A stretch of DNA of 64,000 nt from assembly GCA_965202585.1 (NCBI GenBank), contig OZ241827.1, positions 55,986,001 to 56,050,000 on the forward strand, given 5' to 3'. Shown piece after piece: positions 40,681-52,852 of the stretch (its first letter is position 1; each line of letters opens with the position of its first letter). Made by a program: the position numbers and the translations under genes. The DNA comes from Thalia democratica (Eukaryota). Under the pieces are notes generated by a model. The model was not told the origin of the DNA, searched no databases, and saw only the letters and a program-made list of their open reading frames with translations.

Positions 40681-43600
40681 AAAGGCACAAAACCATTAAA
40701 AAGTTTGTGAAAACATTTTGTAAACAAATCTGTGAATAAAGAGATATATTTTATTTAGAAAACTTTATAACCTATGCTAAATATCCTGTGCAATTTTTTA
40801 ATTATTTTTAACATGACTGAATCTATTTGTCAAAGACAATAAACTGTCTTTGACTAACATTGTTTATTTGTATAAGCATTTGTGCTTTTTTAATAATTCA
40901 TAAATAATTGTTAAAATTATTTTTAATAAATTACACTTTATTTGTAGTCGTTAGTTTCGTGTTTACTTTGTAATCAATTTGTAAAATATGGTATTGATAA
41001 GTTATATACATACGAAAAATTAAGTCAGTTTTGTACACAATAAAGTTACTAAATAGTTCGATTAATACAACCTACTTTTAACTCAAAAAATATAAATCAT
41101 TCCCATATCGAACTTATTTTTAGCTAAGATTATGGATGTAACTATATTTTCTATTTTACATTTAACTTTTTATATGTATTACTACTATTTAGTGATATAT
41201 ACAATTCAACTCAAATCTAAATACTTTTAAGCTTTTAAAATCTATTTCAAAAGGCCTAAAATATAGAACTTATAAAAATTTAATTAAGAAAACAAACGTA
41301 TTTATAATTTAAAACTAATTTAGAGCGTGTGCTCAGCAAACTAGTAGTTATAAAATGTAGCCTATATATAAAGGTTTTGAGTTTGCTTAAACGACTATAA
41401 AGTGTAGCAATCTCAACAGAAAATAAGTATAAATTATATTAAATAAGATAATTTCAACTACTATGAAAAATCTCAAACTATAACAGAAAACAAAACTTAA
41501 AACATATTAAGTTTAGTGAACTATTACAAAACTACAACAAAAAAACGGAGTCACAAGCATTTTAATTTCCAACTAGCTTTTTTAAATGTAGTAATAATGT
41601 TATACTCACTAACTAAAACCATCATTTAAAAATTTAAGTGTAATACTATTTTCTATTAATATATTTTACCTAAAACAATAAATATTGAATAGGAAGCTTA
41701 TGCATTGTTTTGTTTTGTAAAAAAACTTTAGAAAAAGTTAATCCCTATTTTGTCCATTTAAATTTGTACTGCTGTAATGCTCACTGGTCTGGTGAAATCG
41801 CTTAATAGGGTCAGTGTTGCTTTTTTTTCTAGAAACCTTGTAATAAATGATTAGGGTTCATACAGTGTTTATAATACAATTTTATCTTTTTTAAAACTGA
41901 AAGTTAAAAATTATGTTTATAATTTTAAAACAAAAAAAGTCAATTTTAAGTTTTTGTTAAATGTTTTCAATAAAAGCGATTTTGTTTTGTAGGAGGATAA
42001 TACACGATTCTTTGAAACAAGTAAGTAGATTACTTTTTAAAAGTTCAGTCATTTTAAATAAAATACAAGTTTTAAGCTTAGAAATTTTTGTTGAAAAAAT
42101 AAATAATTTATGAAAATATATGAATATATGTTACCCGTATTGACAAGTCATTAAACTTTTAAGTTACAAAGAAGTTGATCGTTTTAAAATAATAACTTCA
42201 ATATCGCTTTCACTTCAACTAACTATTAACAAACTTAACTTTTAAGTTTCCATAATGAAAGTTTCGCTTTTATAAACGTGATTCCTTACAAATTTTGTAA
42301 CCTATGAGGCGAACATCAACTCATAATTTTATGTATCATTTATTCTAAATTTGTTATTAAAAATTTTCGTTGGTCCGCTGCATATTTGTAGAAAAAAATA
42401 TAAATATTAAAAAAATAGCTGCTTTTATCGATTCAATTAACAAGTTTAAAATTTATTTATAAATGAAATTTTATTCAGTACAAGTACTACTTTCCTAGGA
42501 TTAAAACACCATGCATTTGCTTTGCTAAATAAAGTTTGTTTTAACTGTTTTGAAACATTATTAAAAATTCAGTTTTTTGTATACTTTCTCATTATTCTAA
42601 ATTTTTTCAAGTGTTTTCAAGTGTTTGTGATTTGGCATACTTATTGTAATAAATATTATGTATGGCAATATGAAAAAAAATATTTTGAATACTTGTAGAG
42701 TAACTAATTATGATAAATATAAATGTATACGAAGTTTAGTACTTTAAAAATAATCTAGTTAAAGTATTGTTATGATCTTTCCATATGTTTGATCATATAA
42801 AAGTATTCTTTGGTACATCTTACATACCAGTTTTATTTATGATTGGTTGCATTGTGCAAAAATTATAGATTTATATCTGACATTAATAGGAATCAAATGA
42901 CATATAACAGCTTTTTAGTGATATATGATATTAATTATTGATTGTTAGAAACAAACCTGGATTTTTTTTTATGGTAAAAAACATCAGTCTCAAACTACCC
43001 CTTGCAACAATAAACGTTTTCTGGGGAACAAAATTTTGGACAAAAATTACTAAAAAAACGCAGAATTTTAAAAATTTTAACATCTTAAGTAATAAAATTG
43101 TTTTGTCTTCATCAAAAATTTATTTTTAAATACCACATTTAAAGTAGCATTATTTATCTTTTTAATGTTATTATACTACTTAACACAGTTTTAAAGCTTC
43201 AACTTAACTTTAAACTAAAAATAGACCCAAAAATGTATACCTTCAAAAAGCTGGAAGAAATTTCTCAAAAACCAGTGGCAGTCCTGTACATATACAATTG
43301 TATTTAATTTTTGTAAATTTTTAAAAGACTTTAAATAACACATACCTTTTAAATACATTTCTATTATATTGATCAACTAGAATGCTACTAATATACTTTT
43401 AGTAAATTTTTATAGCAGTTTACTTTTATCAATTTGTAGATATACTAAAACTAAATAATATAATCGCATAAGTTTTTAAGAGCAAACATTCTTCCAAATA
43501 ACTGACAAATAAAGTACAAAAATATCATCTTATAAAGTGCTTTAAAAGGTAAGTTAATGATGTATATGATCTGTATCTTAATACATTGGTTCTCTAACTC

Positions 43601-43928
43601 TTAAAATTTAGTGCACAGTAGATAAATAAAGGGAAAGTCATATGCTCTGCACATCAGATTGTTAAAAACTACATTTTTTGTAGAAGCTGTAGGGTAACTT
43701 TATTAAGAAAATAATGGGTAAATAACTTTTAATCTTAATTTTGCATAAATAACTAGGCTACCAGTTAAATTTTATAATTTTTAAAGGTATTGAATAACTT
43801 TTTAAGGGAATTTTGTAGAATTTTATCTCATACATGTTCAACTGCTTAAAGAACTCATCTTAAACTTTTGAGATATAAGCAATATGAAAGTCTGTGAACT
43901 CAATAGGTTCCTAATGAAAGGTGTAAAC

Positions 43929-44300
43929 CAGGGTTTCCCTAACTTTTTTTTTAATAACCTTTAAAGAAATTAAAAAGCTATGGCCCCCTTCTACCAAGGT
44001 TACTCAAAAAATACCATAACAAACACTTAAAACCTTTTTTTTTGCTTCTCATCAGCAACTCCAGAATATCTAGTGTAAGTTTCAAAACTACCAAATAAAA
44101 CACTTAAGACCTGTTTTCTTTTGATCTTCATCAGTAACTCCAGAATATCTAGTGTAAGTTTCAAAACTACCATATAAAACACTTAAGAACTTTTTAATTT
44201 TTTTCTCTTCATCAGCAACTCCAAAATATCTAGTTTAAGTTTCAAATTATGACCTCTTGACCCCCTGGTGACTCCTTTACTGCTCATGGCAGAAAACCTG
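43929..44300 (+). mobile_element. Buster/Charlie-type hAT MITE with three internal ~75-80-bp tandem units
   Basis: Ends CAGGGTTTCCC...AAAACCTG; perfect 8-bp TSD GTGTAAAC (43921-43928 and 44301-44308). Confidence 0.9.
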
Positions 44301-44702
44301 GTGTAAACCAATAACTGCAACTAAAAATCTATCTCCATTAAAGTTTTTTTAAATCCTTCTAAAAATTTTTTAATTTTTTTTTTAATTTAGAAAAATATAT
44401 CTGTAGTGAAGGAAACTTTACATAAAAAAAAAGAAAGATAAGCAAAAGAAAAAAACAACTTTCTATGCCTTTGAGTTTTTTATGCTAATGATTTTTTTTT
44501 ATATAAAACTTAGTTTCAAAAAACCAATACCTTCTAAATATCAGGGCCTTCTAATAAGAAAATTTTTACTCCTGATTTTTGATTTTCAAATTGGATTTTT
44601 TTAAATAGTTGGAACCAAGTATTAACAATCTATTTTAGGGGTGGGCAAGGTTTTTAGTTGGTGGACTACATAGGGAAAATATAGTCTTATGCTGGCTGAA
44701 AT

Positions 44703-45075
44703 GGGTAGCTGTAAAATTTGCACAAGAGTACAAAATTTCACAAGGGGACAAAATTGCACAAAGATACTTTTGCACAAAAACACTTTTCCATGAGGGGATA
44801 AAATTGCACGAAGACACTTTTGCACAAGCAGACAATTATGCACAAAGACATTTTTGCACAGGTTGAATTTTTTTATTAGTTTTAATTTTTGTTTTTTATT
44901 TATTTTTTTTTACTATCACTGTTACCCCTAACCCTTACTCTCTGTTGGTAAGTTACTTTTTATTTTATTTATTTCATTTTTTTAATTTTTTTTTAATTTT
45001 TAATTTTATTTACTTTTTAATTATTTTTTTTACTACCACTGTTACCCCTAACCTTTACCCTTGGTTGGTAGCTTT
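44703..45075. mobile_element. MITE of the GGGTAGCTGT family with 17-18-bp tandem units (TTTTGCACAA) and CCCTAACCCT motifs; right end truncated next to the Penelope element
   Basis: gggtagctgtaaaatttgcacaag start, about 9 gcaca units, and two ttacccctaaccc blocks. Confidence 0.6.
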
Positions 45076-45745
45076 TTTTTAACACTTACCCCACGTGTAT
45101 ATGGGTTACAGAAAATTTATAAAGAAAACATTCCTTTGAGGCCCATTTTATCAATGGTAAGTTCACACAGCATAAATTGGCAAAGTTGAGTCTTGAACCG
45201 GTTTTGAAACACTTTTTGGCATATTGTTTAATAGATTCTTTTACGTTTGCTGAGAAATTAAAAATATGAAAGCAAATAACACGTTCATTGCGTTGTTTGA
45301 TGTAATTCTTTTTACTAATGTACCGTTGGAAGAGGTCATTGGAATTTGTACAGGTACATTGTATAAGATAAGTAAACCTACAATTAACGGAATGAATTTA
45401 AAAAACACTTTGAAACTTTTGGCATTAAGTTTAGTTTTAATTCCTTAGTTTCTTCACAACAAGACAGGGTAGCCATGGTTTCCCCCTTCAAACAAAATTG
45501 GCTAATGTATATATATGGGTTATATTGAATTAAAAGTTATTCCTATTTCCAAAAATGATTTATTGTACCTAAGGTATATTGATTTTTTTGTGTTGGTTAG
45601 ACGAGACAAAATTATGGATTAATATAACTATTTTTTGAATAATTCTTATAACTATTAATTTCACAATGGAAAATGATAACGAACTTGTGTTTTTAGATGT
45701 ACAAGTTAAACAAGAAGAAGTTAGATTTTAAACATCTGTGTATAG

Positions 45746-46030
45746 CAGGGTTTCCAAAACTTTTATTTTCAAAAGGCCCCCTTTGAAGAAATAAAAAAGG
45801 TTTTTGCCCCCTCCAACAAGACTACCATTTAAAACACCTAAGACCTTTTTTTATTTATTTTTTCTGTTCTTCTGCAACTCAAGAATATCTAGTGTAAGTT
45901 TCAAAATTACTAATAAAAACACCTAAGACCTTTTTTTGCTCTTCATCTGCAACTCAAGAGTATCTAGTGAAAGTTTAAAATTTTAAAAATTGCCTCTCCA
46001 ACTTTCGCCCCCAGGGAGCCCACTTTGGGG
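45746..46030 (+). mobile_element. Buster-type MITE (same family as 43929-44300) inserted in the PLE RT; right end deleted
   Basis: CAGGGTTTCC start after GTGTATAG, the same internal gcaactcaagaatatctagtgtaagtttcaaa units, and interruption of the PLE motif VYR|KTYTG. Confidence 0.8.
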
Positions 46031-47532
46031 AAAAACTTATACAGGTTAGCATTTGAACTTTTAATCCAACTGTAGTTTAAAGAGAAAAGTAAATCTAATT
46101 AGAATTTTGTGTCATTGTGCACATAAAATGTCTTCCCTAGATTTGCTACTAAGTGAAATCAAACAGATCAAGTTACTATTAAACAAAAGCGGTTACCCAC
46201 AAGAGTTAGTGAACAAAACAATTCATTTACATTTGAAACATTTGGATAGAATAAAGGCATTAGGACCTGAAAAATGTGTAGTTACTTTAAAAATTTCATT
46301 CATAAATAAAAGCTTAGAAATGTTAGAAAAGAAAATTAGACAATTGATATAAAAAATACTTATTATGCAGCAAACCCTAGAATCTCTTTACCTCTAAACC
46401 ACTATTAACACCAGGTGGTACGGATCCAACATCAAACTTAAATAAAAGTAAGGTAAATTACCAATACAGCTGCTGTTGTAAAGCAAGCTATGTTGGATTT
46501 ACAACAAGGCATCTAAGGAAAAGGATAAAAAAGCATGTACCAAAGAGTGTAAAGAATTTTTGCTTTTCAGATAAGAAAGATGATATACAGGTCAAGATTT
46601 TAAATGTATCTAAACGTTCATCTATTGTAGAACATTTGGTTAATAATCCATCTTGTTCAAACAGTTATAATCTAAATCAGGGTTTTCCAAACTTTTTTTC
46701 TAATGGCCCCCTTCGAGGAAATTTAAAAGGCCATGGCCCCCCTACAATATGGCTTCACAAAATTATATTGTGCACATTTTTTTATTCGTTTAAAAACGAA
46801 TGGGTGCATTCTAATAAGTTCAGCGTAATACCACTGTTACTTAAAGACTATATTTTTGAATTTTTAAGGTGACTCATTCAAATTTTTAATTAGCTTTTAG
46901 CGCTGCCATTACATCTGGTTGTAATAAATAATTTTCATAGTAACAAAAATGTTGTTTAAATAAAAGCCACTCTATCACAATAAAAACTTGGAATAAATAC
47001 AATTTATTAATTTGAAATGTCTTTGTAAATGTCAGTTGCAACAAATTAAATAATTTAATTCGTACCTTATATATCAAATTTAGAAAATGAAACGTTAATC
47101 AAAAACATTTTGATATTTTTAATGGTTGTAACATAAAAGTTGCAAAGAAATTAATATTCTATGGAATGAAAAAAAAAAGTACTCAAAAATACTTTGTCCA
47201 ATGACCTAGTATTTGAAAAAACCTTTCGGTAATCTCGTTGTACACTACTTGATTACAGTTTAACGTCTTGTCCAGGACAATGAAATGATTAGTTTATTTA
47301 ACAAACATAAAACATAATCGAGTTATATAATTAGATGACACAATTTTCTGGATAGGCAAACTGCTTGTTAGGGTGTTGATTGCTGGATTGTCTAGTTACG
47401 TTGCTGTAGACTGGTTGATGTGGCTAGTTCGGTTGCTAAAGACTCTTGAATTTGTACTTAGTTTATAAATCTAGCTATTTTAAATACCTAATTAAGATAA
47501 CTTAACAAGAAAAAAACTGGTCTTAATTAAGT

Positions 47533-47770
47533 CAGGGTTGCCACTCTTGAAAATAAAGTAAAATCATCACGACTGATAAAAAACTGACCTGGTCATTATT
47601 TGAAAAAAAAACTAACAGCCAAAATTTGAAAAATAATGCTTAAAAGTATAAAAATAAGAAAAAATGTGACAAATAATAAAATTTGAAATAAAACTTTCAA
47701 GTTCAAACCAGCTTGAGTTAATTTTTTTATTTCAAAACATTTGAGGTGGTCTGATTGTGTGGCAACCATA
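47533..47770. mobile_element. CAGGGTTGCCA-ended MITE nested in the hAT; related ends at about 49215-49230, 50349-50359, 51765 and 52486
   Basis: cagggttgccac at 47533 and gtgtggcaaccat at 47757-47769. No convincing TSD. Confidence 0.5.
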
Positions 47771-48163
47771 CTAGTTAAATAAAAGCTGAACTAAAACTGT
47801 AAAAAACAATTCTATTTAAATTTATAAGTAAACATTCTATGTGGTCTTATATATTAATAGTGCTATAATTATATAAAATCAATATAAAAATTATTTTTAG
47901 AATAAGTCAAAAAACAATTAAAATCTGATTTAATTTGTACTTGAAAATAAATAATCAAAAAAAAAAACTTTTTACATTTCAACAAGTAAACTAAGTAATG
48001 TGTAATAAAATCAAAAAAAAATGTTTGCTTGGTTAGAATACTTTAATCAATGTTATATATATAATGACAAATCCCTCTGTATATAATAACATTTTTATAA
48101 TTTTTAGACAACTATGCTGTAACTTTTGTCTAACTTTTTTAAACCAGATTGAAATATTTTAAG

Positions 48164-48400
48164 CTAATAAAAAAAGCGGAGTTTTCTAAAAAACGCTTCA
48201 TCCTTATCTTTGTGTTCTGAATGCATTTTGTTAAGGTTATATTTGAGCTTTGAAGGTCTCATAGAATCATTTGACAAACTTTTACTACAAAGCAAACACT
48301 GTGGACGTGTATCGTCACCTACTGCTTTAACAAAACCGTACTTGAGGTAGTCAGGTTGGTAAAATCTAACTTTTTTAGGTGTGTTACTCATTACTAATAA
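48164..48400 (-). pseudogene. hAT Charlie/Buster transposase N-terminal BED zinc-finger fragment
   Basis: KKVRFYQPDYLKYGF...PQCLLCSKSLSNDSMRPSKL...KMHSEHKDKDEAFF matches the ZBED5/SCAND3/Charlie-type Y.KYGF...PQC.IC...L.N.SM.PSKL.RH...H signature. Confidence 0.85.
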
Positions 48401-51400
48401 ATTTAATTCTGAAATTTTTTCAACAGATCTTATTAATATTATATTTATAAAAATTCTGCTCATATCTATAGTGCCTATCAAAATTTAATAGATAACTTTT
48501 AAAAACAAACTGAATTTTGTGATCTTTAACTTGGAAAAATATAAATCTAATCTAGAACCATTAACTAAAAAAATTTAAAAAAAAGTTAACTTTATGGCTA
48601 ACTAAAACTAGACTAGGCTAAGTCAAATAAAAATCTCAAGAGCCAGGCTGAGTATTAAAAATCATTAAAAAGATTTTTATTTATACCTCATTTTCTGCAA
48701 AATAACCAGTTGTGGACTTAAAAAAATTCTTTAAAATAAAACTTAATTCTAAATATAAAAGTAGGATAAAACTATCCAATTCATTTAGAAGAGCTAGCTG
48801 CAGGGCTAAAACTGAATTGTTTTACTAATACAAATCAAGTTTTTGAACAAATTTAGTTAAAATGTTTATTTTGTGTTGAATATAAATATTTTATTTTCAA
48901 TATTATCATTGAGTGTCTTGTTTAATTGGCTCAGGTTTCGATGCCTGAGTCCAACATTGCACAATAAACAATATAATAATAATAATAATATTAACAATAA
49001 TAATAAAAGTATCAAAAAATTGAAACTGGACCTACTAAAAGTCATTCAAAAACTGGCCAGTGCACTTAAAAATATTATCACTAGGTTGAGATTTTTACAA
49101 AAAACTTAACTAGTATAAGTTGGCCTGATTTTTTTTAATTTATAAATCAAATTGACTGAGTCACCTTAAGATTGAAAAAAAGTTTAAAATAGCTTGAATT
49201 ATCCTGACTACTGAGTACCTTAAATGTGTGGCAAACATAAAACTTGTATTGATTAAAAAAACACTAAAAGAAACCCTACCCAATAAATTAACTTGTATAA
49301 AAAATTTTATAAATAAAATTGTACAAAACTATAAAACTCGCTAGTTCAAGACTAAAAAAGCATAATAAGTTAATTAACACTTTTCAACTATAAAAGCAAA
49401 GCTAAATATAAAATATATTCAGCAATGAATGGTATTTTAAATTATAAATTTAAGAATAAAATTCAATAAAGAATAAGTTAAAATTTGTTTATAAATTAAA
49501 AAAATATATATATGTCAAATATTAATATAATGCAAAACTACCTAATAAATAATGTTTAAAATACTAAATACCATTTTACATATTTTTAGATTTTTTTTTA
49601 ATTCTGGTGTTTTGATACTGTCCAATGACTTTTAGTCACAATTCAAGGTTATTACTTTTTTATGCCCAAATTCAAAAATTAAGCGGTTATGACAAGTTTA
49701 ATTATACTGATTAAATGTCATTTATAATTCTTTATTATTGACAAAATTGCAAATTTTAAAAACTAATGATTTATAAAAGTTAGCATAATAAGAGACTTTA
49801 ATTTACTGAAGTAATTAACAATTATTAAGTATTAATTATTGTCTGAGAACAGGTTACATGAGTAGAAGAATTTAAGTTAAAAAAATGTTTAAGAGACCAC
49901 ATTTTAAAATGTAACATACACTGGAAAAAAACTAAAATGTGGTTGTAGGGGTCATATGTAAATGATAGAATATTATAGTAAAAAAGCATTGAATAAAAAT
50001 CTTTTTTTTAACTATTTTCAAAAATACTATAATTTAAAATTTACTTTAGCCATATCTTGAAAAGTTTTAAACAACTTTGTATGAAGAATAAAAAGAGCCA
50101 TCCATGGGTAATTTATAAGTTTACAAGAGCAACTTTACTTTTCCAAAAAGTATTATAATTTGAAAAATAGCATCTTAAATTTTTTTAAATAATTCAAAAT
50201 AATAGTTCAGTCTATTATTCTACTTAAACTTATCTTAAATCAGTCTGAGTTAGAAAAAAATCCTGAGTTATCCTAAGCTGTCCTGAGTCATTCTTAGATT
50301 TTCAAAAGTTTTAAAATGTCCTGATTTATTCTGAGTGTACCAGTTATTTGGCAACCCTGTATGTAAAATGTTAAGTGTAATGTAAAGTAAACTGAGAAGT
50401 AATTAAAAAACATTCAATTTCACCATATGACTTGTACCATATGACTTTTATACCCTTATCCCTATCCCACTTTACCCATACATATTAGAAATTAATCAAA
50501 GAATAAAGCTTTAATAAATAAAATAAAAAATAATATAAAAAACAACTTTTATTTTGGCTGATTCATCATATTGTAAATTCAGAATAACCTTTAAATACAA
50601 TTAGTTTTAATAAAATATTGTTTGCTAAAACATGAGTATAAATATATGAAAACATACTTGATATACATTTGATGAGATTGCCTGGTTGGCATATTGAATC
50701 AAGTAGGAGTTGCAGTTTTGATACACAAATAACTATCTCTCTATATAAGATAAGTTAATAATCTAATAATTCACATTACCTTATAAAATTGAACTGTTTT
50801 AAATTACTTAAAAACTGAGCAGCTGATGTTTAACATTGTTTTAAGCAACATCTTTAGACTGTAAATTTCTCAATTTAATTGCTTGAAACTGTAATGTAAA
50901 CATATACTGTAAATAAAATTGGCAATAGATTGAACTTTACATTGAGTTATCTGACCTTTGCATTAAAGCTATTTCTAGAACATACTTACACAAAGTGGAT
51001 TTTAAATCTAAACCCAGGGCCAAAAACTAAAATTCTAAAATTGCTGTTGCAAAAATTTACGTAATTTTCAAAGACGGCAAAAAATTGAAAAGGCTCCCTT
51101 ATGGCCCCTTTTCTAGTCATGGCCCCCCCTTTGGCCCCTTTACGGCTTATGGCCCCCTGGCTTCCTCAAATGGCCCTCAAGGGGGCCACTTGGCCCACTT
51201 TGGGAAACCCTGATCTAAATAGATTTGAAACTATAAAAATTTGTAGTAATGTTTTCACTTTGATTAAATTAGAAGCCATTTGTATTTTGTAAAAGAAACC
51301 TGTTTTATGTAAACAAAACAATTTTGACTATACTGTTTCTTTATTTTTGTAATACTTTATAAGTGTTGTTTTCATTTTATTTATGTATAGTTTTACTGCA

Positions 51401-51531
51401 AATCAATTATAGCGTAAGTAAACTAAAATGATTTCAATGTTACTGTTAAATGTTACAATTGCTTTTGCTTTTATTAATCTCTTGATTACTATATAAGTTT
51501 GTAAAACCTTATCTCTTGTTAGCCTTGTATT

Positions 51532-51563
51532 CTACTGATGAGAATTGCTCGAAATATATCTAG
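51532..51563 (+). ncRNA. Minimal type I hammerhead ribozyme at the PLE 3' end
   Basis: CTA-CTGATGA(51535-41)-GAATTGCTC-GAAA-TATA-TC|TAG. Core intact, 2-bp stem II, palindromic stem III (ATATAT), AUC triplet ending at 51560, 3-bp stem I. Confidence 0.7.
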
Positions 51564-51918
51564 TTTTATTGAAGTTGTGTGTCTTGTATATCTTATTGTA
51601 TAAAGTTATAAAACAGAAGTAATTTTACAACTGGTAACTTGTATTGAAAAGACATTAAATTTCGTACTTAGCTATAGTAAAAATAAGTGTAATAAACTTT
51701 TATTTGAATTATAACTTTTGAAAAGTTTGCAAAGACTGATATCAAAAAATGTCTGGCTAGCTATCAGGGTTACCACACACTTAGACTTTTCAGGCAAACT
51801 TACGCTTATACAAATCTTTTTCAGACTACTTTAAAACTACTTTGTTTGCAGTTTTTGCAAAACTCAAGCTAGTATAATATTTTTCCTAAATCTCAGGCTA
51901 GTTTTAATGACTTTAAAC

Positions 51919-52337
51919 CAGGGTTTCCCCAAAGTGGGCAGTTTTAGTAAGTTGGGGGGCAATAATTAGTAAAGGGGCGAAAGGCGGGGGGTGCAATATT
52001 GAAATTTGGGAAATTAAAAATTTTGAAACTTACACTAGGACTAGATATTCTTGAGTTGCACATGAAGAGCAAAAAAAGGTCTTACGTGTTTTTATTAGTA
52101 ATGTTTAAACTTAGACTAGATATTCTTGAGTTGCACATGAAGAGCAAAAAAAGGTCTTACGTGTTTTTATTAGTAATGTTTAAACTTAGACTAGATATTC
52201 TTGAGTTGCACATGAAGAGCAAAAAAAAAAAGAAAAAAAGGTCTTAGGTGTATTAAATGGTAGTCTTGTTGGAGGTGGCAATAGCCTTTTTAATTTCTTC
52301 AAAGGGGGCAATTTCAAAAAAAGTTTGGGAAACTCTG
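51919..52337 (-). mobile_element. Buster-type MITE with three 75-bp internal tandem units
   Basis: CAGGGTTTCCCC...GGGAAACTCTG; perfect TSD CTTTAAAC (51911-51918 and 52338-52345). The internal units are the reverse complement of those in 43929-44300. Confidence 0.9.
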
Positions 52338-52852
52338 CTTTAAACCCATATTTCAATTTTTCTGCTAAATATTTAAGTTGTACTCAAAGCATTTAATTTT
52401 TTAAGTAAAGGAAATTGATTAATAAAAAGATAATTAGAATTTGCCTATAATGTTTTTTAATTTTCCACATATTCAGGCTAGTTTTTGGTCACCCAGTCAG
52501 GATTTTTTGCTTAAAACAGTTGCAAATCTGTACAAAAATTCTTATCAATTATAACTTAAATTTAAGATTAACTATTTTTTAGGCTCAATTAATTGTGTAT
52601 ATTTGTAATTATAAACTATAGTCAGTAAATAAAGTTTTAACTATTTGTTCAAAGAACTTTCTTAAATACTATTTATAAATTGTCCAAATATATTTTATAA
52701 CTATCATTGATGAAAAAAATTTAGATTTGTTAAGACATTTTTTGGTTGTTTAGTTTTTGTAAAGTGAATTATGAATCAACATTGTAACTTAAATTTATTT
52801 TACAGATTAACTGCAAAAAAGTTTTCAAGTAAAAGAATAGAAATCAAGAAAT

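Larger units (their letters stand above)
46678..51212 (-). mobile_element. Internally deleted hAT (Buster/Charlie) DNA transposon, 4535 bp, with transposase remnants and nested insertions
   Basis: TIRs CAGGGTTTTCCAAAC / CAGGGTTTCCCAAAG; perfect 8-bp TSD ATCTAAAT (46670-46677 and 51213-51220); GGCCCC subterminal repeats at both ends; BED finger at about 48170-48400. Confidence 0.92.
45085..51610 (+). mobile_element. Penelope-like retroelement (degenerate RT + GIY-YIG + 3' terminal region with hammerhead), split by a MITE (45746-46030) and a 4.5-kb hAT (46678-51212)
   Basis: RT motifs PRVYGL.KIYKENIPLRPILS, DSFTFA, FDV..LFTNVPLEE.I.IC, VF.DV.V and TSVYR(K)KTYTG. C-terminal SGYPQELV and GIY-YIG KVNYQYSCCCKASYVGFTTRHLRKRIKKHVP. 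The frame resumes after the hAT with NRFETIKICSNVFTLIKLEAICIL*KKPVLCKQ. Confidence 0.9.

Noticed and set aside
43929-44300. Regularly spaced ~75-80-bp repeats as a CRISPR-like array
   Set aside because: The units are contiguous tandem copies without unique spacers, bounded by hAT TIRs and a TSD, in a eukaryotic context.
39040-45060. CCCTAACCCT motifs as interstitial telomere
   Set aside because: They are isolated 1.5-unit motifs inside a MITE family, not (TTAGGG)n arrays.
51101-52247. ORFs 51101-51292 and 51999-52247
   Set aside because: They arise from hAT subterminal GGCCCC repeats running into the PLE tail, and from the MITE's 75-bp tandem units.
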